DNA from: an uncultured Planctomycetales bacterium
Lineage (GTDB): Bacteria; Planctomycetota; Phycisphaerae; UBA1845; JAFGLZ01
Direction of reading: 5' to 3'
Assembly (NCBI GenBank): GCA_964622545.1
Contig: CAZUQM010000014.1
Span: forward strand, 39,726 to 103,725
DNA length: 64,000 bases
Part shown: positions 49,013 to 57,445 of the stretch, piece after piece
Layout of the letters: each line of letters begins with the position of its first letter
Position numbering within the stretch: the first letter of the stretch is position 1
Notes under the pieces: generated by a model
Told to the model about the DNA's origin: nothing
What the model saw: only the letters and a program-made list of their open reading frames with translations
Databases searched by the model: none
Program-made: the position numbers and the translations under genes

Positions 49013-50016
49013 TCGACGGATTCGACCCCGACGAGCGGGCCTTCGTGATTGCCGAGATCGGCAACAACCACGAGGGCTCGTTCGAGTTGGCCGCCAAGAT
49101 GATCGGTCTGGCCGCCCAGGCCGGCGTGGACGCGGTGAAGTTCCAGACTATCGTTCCTGACCGGCTGATATCGGCCGGGGATGAGCAACGCATCCAGCAG
49201 CTCAGCCGCTTTCAGTTCTCGTACAAGCAGTTCGGCGAGTTGGCCGGTGTTGCGCGGGATGCCGGCGTTCGATTTCTGTCCACGCCGTTCGACCTCGAGA
49301 GCGTGGCCGCACTCGAGCCGCTCGTTCCGGCGTTCAAGATCGCCTCGGGTGACAACGACTTCGTGCCGCTCTTGCAGGCGGTGGCGCGGACGGGCAAGCC
49401 GATCTTGCTGTCGTGCGGCATGACCGATCTGGACGGGATTCGTGCCGCCAGGTCTACGATCGACGCGGTGTGGCACGAGATCGGTTGCGAGCAAGAATGT
49501 GCGCTGCTGCACTGCGTGGGCAGCTATCCGGTTGCGCCGGAGCAGGTGAACCTGCGTGCGATTGGCGTGCTGGCCGAGACGTTCGCATGTCCGGTGGGAT
49601 ACTCGGATCACACGCTGGGCATCGAGGCGGCGGTGTTGTCGGTGGCGACCGGAGCTCGGATCGTCGAGAAGCACTTCACGCTGGATAAGAACTACTCGGC
49701 GTTTCGGGACCATCAGCTCTCGGCCGACCCGGGCGAGATGGCCGAGCTGGTGCGGCGCGTCCGCGAGGCGGAGGCGCTGCTCGGTGCGAGCGAGAAGGCC
49801 CTGCAGCCCTGCGAGGAGGGTGCGGCCACGGCGCTGCGCCGGTCGGTCGCCGCGAGGCGCGACCTGGCGGCGGGCACCGTGCTGGACTGGGACGACATCA
49901 CGTGGTTGCGGCCGGCGGGTGGCATCCGGCCGGGCGATGAAGGCGACGTGATCGGCCGGACGCTGAGGCGGGGCGTGAGGAAGGGCGAACCGATTCCGGC
50001 GGAAGGTTTGGAGTAA
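49006..50016 (+). CDS. NeuB-family nonulosonic acid synthase (sialic/pseudaminic/legionaminic acid synthase-like) with a C-terminal SAF domain
   Basis: The motifs are FVIAEIGNNHEGS, AGVDAVKFQT, PAFKIASGDN, GYSDHTLG and IVEKHFTLD. The SAF-like tail reads AARRDLAAGTVL. Confidence 0.88.
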   Translation: MLIDGFDPDERAFVIAEIGNNHEGSFELAAKMIGLAAQAGVDAVKFQTIVPDRLISAGDEQRIQQLSRFQFSYKQFGELAGVARDAGVRFLSTPFDLESVAALEPLVPAFKIASGDNDFVPLLQAVARTGKPILLSCGMTDLDGIRAARSTIDAVWHEIGCEQECALLHCVGSYPVAPEQVNLRAIGVLAETFACPVGYSDHTLGIEAAVLSVATGARIVEKHFTLDKNYSAFRDHQLSADPGEMAELVRRVREAEALLGASEKALQPCEEGAATALRRSVAARRDLAAGTVLDWDDITWLRPAGGIRPGDEGDVIGRTLRRGVRKGEPIPAEGLE

Positions 50017-50142
50017 GCCCAGGAGAGGCGGCACAGTCGCCTTCGACTGTGCGTCTCAGACTGTCCCAGCCGAGGATGTTTGGGCCCCTTACGGGGCTGG
50101 GCCACATACGGCGAGCGCATCGAGAGGCAACGTCAGCAGGTC

Positions 50143-51963
50143 ATGTGCGGGATCGCGGGCTACATCGGACCGGCGCGGATCGACGCGTCACGGCGCCAGG
50201 AGACGCTGGCGAGGATGAGGCTGCGCGGGCCCGATCACCGGGACGAGGTCCACATCGCCGACGACGGCGTCAACGTCTACCTGTTGCATTCGCGGCTGAG
50301 CATCATCGACCTGGACGAGCGGGCGCATCAGCCGATGACGCGTGACGGCTGCACGATCGTCTACAACGGTGAGATCTACAACTATCGTGAGCTTCGGGCC
50401 GAGCTGGAGTCGGCCGGTGCGACGTTCACGACGGATTCGGACACGGAGGTGTTGCTGCGGGCATTCGTCGAGCACGGGCCTGGCTGTGTCGGGCGGTTCG
50501 AAGGCATGTGGGCCTTTGCCGTCTACGACGAGCGCGGCAAGCGGCTGGTGCTGAGCCGCGACCGGTTCGGCGAAAAGCCGCTGTATCTGCTGCGGGCTCA
50601 GGGCGGCGTGTTCTTCGGCTCGGAGCCCAAGCTGGTGTACGCGCTGTCGGGCGAGCGACCGACGGTCAACATGCGGCACCTCGCGCGGTACATGGTCAAC
50701 GGCTACAAGGCCCTGTACAAGACGGACGAGCAGTTCTTCGAAGGGCTCCATGAGCTGCCGTCGTCGACGAGCCTCGTCGTTGACCACGACCTCACCGAGC
50801 GGCGCGAGCGGTACTGGACGCCGACGTACCATCCCAGGTCGATGACGCTGGACGAGGCCATCGAGGCGGTGCGGGAGCGTCTCATCCGAACGGTGGAGCT
50901 GCGGCTTCGGGCGGACGTGCCGGTGGCGTTCTGTCTGAGCGGCGGCGTGGACAGCGGGGCCCTGGCGTCGATCGCCGCCAAGCGACTGGGCTGCCAGGTC
51001 TCGACGTACTCGATCATCGACCGCGACGAGCGGTACGACGAATCGCGGAACGTGAACCTGACGGTGGCCGACCTCGGCTGCGAGAACGAATCGATCGAGA
51101 TCCCGACGGCGGGCTCGTTGGACCACCTGGACAAGCTCGTGGCTTATCACGACGCCCCGGTCTGCACGCTGTCGTATCACGTGCACTCGTTCCTGTCGGA
51201 GGCGATCGCGGCGCGGGGCTACAAGGTGGTGGTCTCGGGGACGGGCGCCGACGAGCTGTTCACCGGCTACTACGACCACTTCAACCTGCACCTGCACGAG
51301 CTGCGGGATCATCCGGACCACGAGCGTTACCGGCAAGAGTGGGAGGCGCACGTCCTGCCGAAGGTCCGTAACCCTCATCTGCGACGGGCCGATCTGTACG
51401 ACCGCGACCCGAGCTTCCGGGGGCACATCTACCTGAACAACGACGCGTTCGCGTCGATGCTGAAGGCCGACTTCGCCGAGCCGTTCACGGAGGAGACCTA
51501 CTGCGACTCGCTGCTGCGCAACCGCATGCTGAACGAACTGATGCACGAGTGCGTGCCGCCCGTGCTGCACGAGGACGACCTGAACTCGATGCGGTGCTCG
51601 TTGGAGAATCGCAGCCCGTATCTCGACTCGGAGCTGTTCGACCTGGCGTATGCGATTCCGCCGGAGCACCTGATCCGCGACGGGTTCGGCAAGTACATCC
51701 TGCGTCAGGCGGTGGCGGGCATCCTGAACGACCCGGTGCGATGCGACCGCCGCAAGGTGGGCTTCAATGCGGCCTTTCGGTCGGTGGTCGATACGACATG
51801 CCCGGCCACGAGGTCGCGGCTGCTCGACGACGGAGCGGTCTTCGACCTGGTCGATCGCGACAAGATCGAGGCGCTGCTCGACAAGGAGCCGCTGCCGAAC
51901 AGCTATAGCAAGTTTCTGTTCTCGTTCGTGAACACCCGGCTGTTCCTGGACCGTTTCGGCTAG
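50143..51963 (+). CDS. asparagine synthase (glutamine-hydrolysing) homologue
   Basis: The protein starts MCGIAGY, with the Cys2 nucleophile retained. The motifs are IVYNGEIYNY and the PP-loop region AFCLSGGVDSG. A 127-nt gap containing a hairpin precedes it. Confidence 0.88.
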   Translation: MCGIAGYIGPARIDASRRQETLARMRLRGPDHRDEVHIADDGVNVYLLHSRLSIIDLDERAHQPMTRDGCTIVYNGEIYNYRELRAELESAGATFTTDSDTEVLLRAFVEHGPGCVGRFEGMWAFAVYDERGKRLVLSRDRFGEKPLYLLRAQGGVFFGSEPKLVYALSGERPTVNMRHLARYMVNGYKALYKTDEQFFEGLHELPSSTSLVVDHDLTERRERYWTPTYHPRSMTLDEAIEAVRERLIRTVELRLRADVPVAFCLSGGVDSGALASIAAKRLGCQVSTYSIIDRDERYDESRNVNLTVADLGCENESIEIPTAGSLDHLDKLVAYHDAPVCTLSYHVHSFLSEAIAARGYKVVVSGTGADELFTGYYDHFNLHLHELRDHPDHERYRQEWEAHVLPKVRNPHLRRADLYDRDPSFRGHIYLNNDAFASMLKADFAEPFTEETYCDSLLRNRMLNELMHECVPPVLHEDDLNSMRCSLENRSPYLDSELFDLAYAIPPEHLIRDGFGKYILRQAVAGILNDPVRCDRRKVGFNAAFRSVVDTTCPATRSRLLDDGAVFDLVDRDKIEALLDKEPLPNSYSKFLFSFVNTRLFLDRFG

Positions 51964-51978
51964 GAGCGAGGAGTCCGC

Positions 51979-53034
51979 ATGGCCGCCAAGACCGACGAGC
52001 TCGTCCGCCGCCACGGCAAGCCCTTCGACTACTTCGCGCTGGGCAAGGGGTTCCGTGAGGGGGCCGACTTCATGCGACACATGAAGGACTCGGCCGAGCG
52101 GCTGCTGCGCGAAGCCACACGCAGCGGCGCGGTCCGTCAGGTGGAGCGGTGTCCGATCTGCGGTGGGCCCGAGACGCGGGAGGAGCTTCGTGTCTTCGGG
52201 TTTCCGTACTTGCGATGCGCGGCCGAGGCGTGCCGGCACGTCTTCGTCGGCGCCCTGATCGACGGCGCGATGCGCAGCGCCTTCTTTCGGGAGGATGAGG
52301 CCTACAGCGATCAGAACTACTGCAACCCGAGCAAGTCGGCCTTTCGGCTGGAGAACATCGCGCGACCCAAGGTGGAGCACGTGTTGGGCTTCGCGCGGCC
52401 GGCGGCGTCGCGCTGGCTGGACATCGGCTGCGGCTCGGGCGAGATCCTGGCCGTGCTCAAGGAGCTGGACGGCTGGACGGGTCTCGGCCTGGAGCTGTCG
52501 GATCGGGACGCGGCGTTCGGGCGCGAGCACTACGGCGTGGACATCCGCGGGCAACGGCTCGAGGCCTTCCGGGCCGAGAACCCGAGCGAGACGTTCGATG
52601 TGGTCTCGCTGTTCGGCGTGATCGATTGCGTGGAGGACCCGGTCGGACTGGTTCGAGAGGCCGCCGACGTGGTGCGGGCAGGGGGGCTGCTGGTCACGGA
52701 GGACGCGAACGTCGATTCGATCGTGACCCAGGCGGTGCGATCCTATCCGGACCATCCGACGCGATCGAACTACAACGGCGTAACCACGGTGCACCAGTTC
52801 AGCGAGGCTTCGATCCGCAAGACGTTCGAGGCCGCCGGCATGGAGCCGGTGTCGGTGTGGTACTTCGGCACGGACGTCTTCGAGGTCATCAACCAGTGGT
52901 GCTTCGCGGACGAGGGCTTCGCCGACAGTCCGCTGGCCGAGTCGTTGAGTGCGCTGGCCAACGCCATCCAGGCGTCGATCGACGAGCGTGAGCTGAGCTC
53001 GAACATGATCTGGGTCGCGCGGAAGCCGGCGTGA
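51979..53034 (+). CDS. class I SAM-dependent methyltransferase with an N-terminal Cys4 zinc-ribbon
   Basis: GGAGCGAGGAG precedes the ATG. The zinc-ribbon residues are CPICGG...LRCAAEACRHVF, and motif I is WLDIGCGSGE. Confidence 0.75.
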   Translation: MAAKTDELVRRHGKPFDYFALGKGFREGADFMRHMKDSAERLLREATRSGAVRQVERCPICGGPETREELRVFGFPYLRCAAEACRHVFVGALIDGAMRSAFFREDEAYSDQNYCNPSKSAFRLENIARPKVEHVLGFARPAASRWLDIGCGSGEILAVLKELDGWTGLGLELSDRDAAFGREHYGVDIRGQRLEAFRAENPSETFDVVSLFGVIDCVEDPVGLVREAADVVRAGGLLVTEDANVDSIVTQAVRSYPDHPTRSNYNGVTTVHQFSEASIRKTFEAAGMEPVSVWYFGTDVFEVINQWCFADEGFADSPLAESLSALANAIQASIDERELSSNMIWVARKPA

Positions 53035-53069
53035 CGGGTCCGGGCGTGGCGAAGGAGGTTGTGCGCGAC

Positions 53070-54191
53070 ATGCGATACTGCACGCGATGCGTTCTGCCCG
53101 ACACGCGTCCCGGCGTGACGCTGGATGCCGACGGCGTCTGCGAGGGTTGCCGCACCCACGCCCAGCGCGGCGGCGGCATCGACTGGGCTAAGCGTCGCCG
53201 CCGACTCGAGACGATCTTCGAGCAGGCGCGGCAGCGCGACCGCGGGTACGACTGCATCATCCCGGTCAGCGGCGGCAAGGACAGCACGTGGCAGGTGGTC
53301 ACGTGCCTGGCGTACGGCCTGCGGATCCTGGCCGTGACGTGGCGGACGCCGGGTCGGACCGCGCTGGGCCAGGCCAACCTCGACAACCTCGTCCGGCTCG
53401 GCGTGGACCATATCGACTACACGATCAACCCCGAGGTCGAGCGGAAGTTCATGCTGAAGGCCCTCGAGCGGACGGGCAGCACGGGGGTGCCGATGCACAT
53501 GGCGATCTATGCGATTCCGCTGCGGCTCGCGGTGGCCATGGAGGTTCCGCTTGTGGTCTGGGGCGAGAACCCGCACATCGAGTATGGCCGGACGGACGAC
53601 AGCGACGAGAGCGACGAGCTCGGGCCCGGCTGGGGCCAGCGGCACGGGATCCTGCAGGGCTCGACGCCCGCGGACTGGATCGACGACGAGCTCACGGCCA
53701 AGGATATGGAACCGTACACCATGCCGAGTGAGGAGGCGTTCCGGCGTTCCGGTGTGCGCTCGTTCTTCCTGGGCGATTACCTTCCGTGGGACCCGGCCGA
53801 GAGCCTGCGCGTCGCGCAACAGCACGGGTTTCAGGTCCGCCAGGAGGGTCCTCGGCTGGGCCTGTACAACTACGCCGACATCGACTGCGATTTCATCTCG
53901 GTGCATCATCACTTCAAGTGGCTCAAGTTCGGCTGCACGCGGCTGTTCGACAACCTCGCGCTGGAGATCCGCAACGGGCGTATGACGCGCGACGAGGCGG
54001 TCGACGTCATCCGCGAGCGAGGTGACCAGACGCCGCACGAAGACATCGAGGCCCTGTGCGCGTTCTTGCGGATGTCGCGGGACCGCTTCGGCGAGATCGA
54101 GGAATCGTTCCGCAACCACGACGTGTGGCAGCGGATCAACGGGGCGTGGCAGATTCCCGGCTTCATCGTGCCGGACTGGACGTGGTCATGA
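53070..54191 (+). CDS. N-acetyl sugar amidotransferase (WbuX/LfnA/PseA-like, PP-loop)
   Basis: The protein starts MRYCTRCVLPDTRPGVTLDADGVCEGC, and the PP-loop reads IIPVSGGKDSTWQ. AAGGAGG lies upstream. An alternative coupled GTG start lies at 53031. Confidence 0.8.
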   Translation: MRYCTRCVLPDTRPGVTLDADGVCEGCRTHAQRGGGIDWAKRRRRLETIFEQARQRDRGYDCIIPVSGGKDSTWQVVTCLAYGLRILAVTWRTPGRTALGQANLDNLVRLGVDHIDYTINPEVERKFMLKALERTGSTGVPMHMAIYAIPLRLAVAMEVPLVVWGENPHIEYGRTDDSDESDELGPGWGQRHGILQGSTPADWIDDELTAKDMEPYTMPSEEAFRRSGVRSFFLGDYLPWDPAESLRVAQQHGFQVRQEGPRLGLYNYADIDCDFISVHHHFKWLKFGCTRLFDNLALEIRNGRMTRDEAVDVIRERGDQTPHEDIEALCAFLRMSRDRFGEIEESFRNHDVWQRINGAWQIPGFIVPDWTWS

Positions 54192-54529
54192 GATTCGAAC
54201 CGAAGGACCCGCCGCGGACGTTCCGGGTCGGTCGCGAAGGCGCGATCGAGATTGCCGACTGCGGGCGCGTCCATCTTTCGGCCGACGAGCAGGTGACGTT
54301 CGTGACGCCGTCGGGCCGCGCGTACGACGTGGCCGCCAAGAGCTGGGGCTTCTACGCCACGCCGTCGGTGAACGGACGGTTGAGGGATCAAGGCTTCCGG
54401 ACCGCGCTGGTGCGGAACGAGCAGGGGCGGTTCTTCGTGATGCTCGTGGAGCGCGATCGCGTGGCGGATTTCGAGACGTACTGTCGCGACGAGTCGCAGA
54501 CCGTGGTGGAGTGGCTGGATGAGCGATAG
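54188..54529 (+). CDS. small hypothetical protein (113 aa), translationally coupled within the sugar operon
   Basis: There is an ATGA overlap with the upstream gene and an 11-nt overlap with the downstream gene. Codons are GC3-rich. No family was recognised. Confidence 0.5.
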   Translation: MRFEPKDPPRTFRVGREGAIEIADCGRVHLSADEQVTFVTPSGRAYDVAAKSWGFYATPSVNGRLRDQGFRTALVRNEQGRFFVMLVERDRVADFETYCRDESQTVVEWLDER

Positions 54530-55355
54530 GTCGGCCGACAGGGCAACGCCTCCGTGCTGGTTGTGCGGCTCGACGGGCGGCGAGCTGGTGGCCGAGATCC
54601 GCCAGCGGCCGGAGCGCGAGCCCGACTTCGGCATCGACCCGTCGCGCTATCGGCGGGCGATCCATCGCTGCGATCGCTGCGGCGTGTTCTACAGCGCGCA
54701 CGAGCTGCTCGGCGACGACGTCTACGCGGGCACGTACAACGCGTCGATCTATGAGCATCAGTTGGCCGAGCGGTACGATCGCGTCATGGCCCTGCCGTCG
54801 GATCAGTCGGACAACCGGCAGCGGGTCGCGCGGGTGGCGGGGTTCGTCGCGGACCACGTCGGTCCGGCGGATCGGATACGGGTGCTGGACGTGGGCAGTG
54901 GACTGTGCGTGTTCCTCGGCGGGATGAAGGAGCATGGCTTCCATTGCACGTGCGTCGACCCGGACCCGATCGCCGCGCGGCACGCCCTGGAGCATGTCGG
55001 CATCGACGCCGCCCACGCGGGGACGCTGGCCGATCTTCGCGACGGCGAGCGGTTCGACGTGATCGCGTTCAACAAGGTGCTCGAGCACGTCAAGGATCCG
55101 GTGCGACAACTCCGCCTGGCCGCGTCGCTGCTGGCCGAGGGCGGCGTCATCTACGTGGAGCTGCCGGACGGTGAGGCCGCGCTGCGGGCGGGTACGATCG
55201 CCGAGCGGGAAGAGTTCTTCATCGATCACGCCACGATTCACTGCGCCGATTCGCTGACCTATCTCGCGGGTGCGGCCGATCTGCACATCGTCGAGATGCA
55301 GGCCATCCATGAACCCAGCGACAAGTGGACGCTCTACGCCTTCCTCCGCCGATGA
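54519..55355 (+). CDS. class I SAM-dependent methyltransferase with N-terminal Cys pairs
   Basis: The Cys pairs are CWLCGS and CDRCGVFY. Motif I is VLDVGSGLCVF, and FDVIAFNKVLEHV follows. Confidence 0.7.
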   Translation: MSDRSADRATPPCWLCGSTGGELVAEIRQRPEREPDFGIDPSRYRRAIHRCDRCGVFYSAHELLGDDVYAGTYNASIYEHQLAERYDRVMALPSDQSDNRQRVARVAGFVADHVGPADRIRVLDVGSGLCVFLGGMKEHGFHCTCVDPDPIAARHALEHVGIDAAHAGTLADLRDGERFDVIAFNKVLEHVKDPVRQLRLAASLLAEGGVIYVELPDGEAALRAGTIAEREEFFIDHATIHCADSLTYLAGAADLHIVEMQAIHEPSDKWTLYAFLRR

Positions 55356-55378
55356 GCGTCGGCCCCGTGCGTCGGTGA

Positions 55379-57259
55379 TCAAGCGTCGGCGAGCTGCCGG
55401 AACCATGCCAGACAGCGATCGGCCGACGCGTGTTGTGTGCCCTCGATGAAGGCGTGCGCGGCCCGGGTCGTCCGGTCGACGCGGGCGGCGTAGTGGTCGG
55501 GGTCGGTGAAGAGGCGGTCGAGCTCGGCTTCGAACTCGGGCAGGTCGCCGGCGTGAAACCATGCTTCGGTGGCCCACTGCTTCGGGTCATACCAGACCAG
55601 GTTGCGGGAGAGCATCATGACGGGTCTGGCCAGCAGGCTGGCCTCGACGAGCGCCGACGTGATGACGCACCAACAGCACACGGCGTCGCTGGCCCTGACC
55701 GCGGGCGCCAGCGGCTGATTCTCGAGTACGATCAACCGGCGGTCGGGCGGCAGGTCGCGGTTGAGCCGCTCGTACAGTTCGTGCAGATCCCAGCGTGGAT
55801 GGGGTTTGATGACGAACCGCCAGTCGCCGCGGCGCCGGGCCAGCTCGGCCAGCTCGCGGGTGCATCGCACGCCGTCGGCCCAATCGACGTACGGCAGGTG
55901 TGGGAGCTTGGAGGGCATGCCGGCCTTGGTCGTGCAGATCAGCACGATCCGCCGGTCGGGCGGTATACCGTGCTGATTGCGGAGATCGAGGGCGGGCTCC
56001 TCGTCGTTCGATCGTCGGCGGGCGTCCTCCAAGAGCTGGTCGCTCCAGGGATCCCCCGTGACGACGACGCGCCGCGGGTCGAGCCCGTGCTCGATGAGAA
56101 CGGCGCGGTGTCGCCGACTGATCGTTCCCACGGTCGCGCGGTCGGGAAGACTGGTGAACCAACTCACATGACCGACCATCATCAACCCGTGCGGCAAGGC
56201 CAAGGACGGGATGCCCTCATCGACGGCGACGTCGAGGATCGGGGCATGGTAGTTCTCCACGAATCCCGCCGGCTTGCACCGGGCGAGGAACGACCGCCAC
56301 ACCCGGATGTGTTGGGCCATCTTGACCGCGTAGTCACCGAAGAGGAACTCGAAGTGGCACCGGAGGTGAGGGTTGTCGAAGAGGATACGGAGGTCGTCGT
56401 CGGCCGAGCTGCCTGCGGCTTGGAACGCCGCGAACGCCTCGCGGGCGAGCGGTGCGATCCCCTCGACGGGTGGCCATGGGGTCACCTGGGATTCGTGCCA
56501 GACGTGATGGCCTTCGCTGCGGAGGCAGGTCAGGGTCCGTTCGTCGGCGTTCTTGTAGAGCTGGACGGCCTGATAGCCGAGTTCCCCGCGCACCCGGCGG
56601 ATCAGGGGGAGCTGGCGGAGCAGGTCGTCGGCGTTGGCGTGGAAGAGCGCGACGGGGCGGTCGCCTAGCTCCGCCTCGACATCCACGGGGGGCAAGCTCA
56701 CCTCGCTGCGCTTGGCGATGTGGTCCTCGAAGGCGGCGCCGGCTTCCAACGCATCGCGGGACACGAGCCGGACGGGTAGGCCGGCCTGCTCGGCGATCCC
56801 GCGGAGCACCCCGAACAGCAGCGGCATCTTGGTGACCTCGACGGGTTGGTCCAGGCCGTGCGAGGGCCCTTCCTCGAAGGTGACGATCTCCTTGGGTTGC
56901 AGCGCCTCGACCGCCCGGCGCAAGGCGTAGGCGACCCAGGTCAGGCGGGCCAGCGCGCCGACGTGGCGGAACGCGGCCATGCCCAGCAGGTTGATGCCCT
57001 CGAAGTCGATGCGGGCGTGCCGTTCCCAGTGCTGCCATACGGCGGCCTCGTAGGTTCGCATGCGGGGGCGCTCGTCGGGGGAGAGGATGTCCCACGGCGT
57101 GAGGTGCTGCAGGCCACGGTGGGAGAGCTCCAGATGGATGTCGGCGTCGAAGGCCAGGACGTGACCGTTCAGCGCATCGGGGGCCTCGGCCTGGACGCAG
57201 GCCAGGTCGTCGGCATCGAGCAGGGCTAGGAACGTCGGGCGTGGCATGGTGGTTCCCAT
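55379..57259 (-). CDS. large hypothetical protein; the C-terminal half looks like a GT-B transferase of the TagF/KpsS/bacterial sialyltransferase type
   Basis: Codons are GC3-rich over 626 codons. The motifs are VAVDEGIPSLALPHG (D-E-G), VVVTGDPWSDQLL, and FVIKPHPRW (H-P, nt 55796-55801). Similarity was judged by eye only. Confidence 0.6.
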   Translation of the reverse strand: MGTTMPRPTFLALLDADDLACVQAEAPDALNGHVLAFDADIHLELSHRGLQHLTPWDILSPDERPRMRTYEAAVWQHWERHARIDFEGINLLGMAAFRHVGALARLTWVAYALRRAVEALQPKEIVTFEEGPSHGLDQPVEVTKMPLLFGVLRGIAEQAGLPVRLVSRDALEAGAAFEDHIAKRSEVSLPPVDVEAELGDRPVALFHANADDLLRQLPLIRRVRGELGYQAVQLYKNADERTLTCLRSEGHHVWHESQVTPWPPVEGIAPLAREAFAAFQAAGSSADDDLRILFDNPHLRCHFEFLFGDYAVKMAQHIRVWRSFLARCKPAGFVENYHAPILDVAVDEGIPSLALPHGLMMVGHVSWFTSLPDRATVGTISRRHRAVLIEHGLDPRRVVVTGDPWSDQLLEDARRRSNDEEPALDLRNQHGIPPDRRIVLICTTKAGMPSKLPHLPYVDWADGVRCTRELAELARRRGDWRFVIKPHPRWDLHELYERLNRDLPPDRRLIVLENQPLAPAVRASDAVCCWCVITSALVEASLLARPVMMLSRNLVWYDPKQWATEAWFHAGDLPEFEAELDRLFTDPDHYAARVDRTTRAAHAFIEGTQHASADRCLAWFRQLADA

Positions 57260-57445
57260 CGGCAGGGCCTGCTTGGCCGGCTGTCGTTATCGATACTATC
57301 GGACGCCAGCGAAGCAGGCTGAAATGCCGCAGCGGTTTCCCCTGGCCGATCGCCCCGGCGATTGCCGATGTAACCATAGCATCCGGAGGCCCCGGGTGCG
57401 TCGCCGAAGGTCCGCGCCGTCCGGCACATCGGGAAAGGTGCTCTC

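Noticed and set aside
50143-51963. The asparagine synthase homologue as a lasso-peptide cyclase (RiPP cluster).
   Set aside because: The protein retains the MCGIAG glutaminase nucleophile. It sits in a sugar-nucleotide operon. No transglutaminase-like protease, RRE or plausible precursor peptide is nearby.
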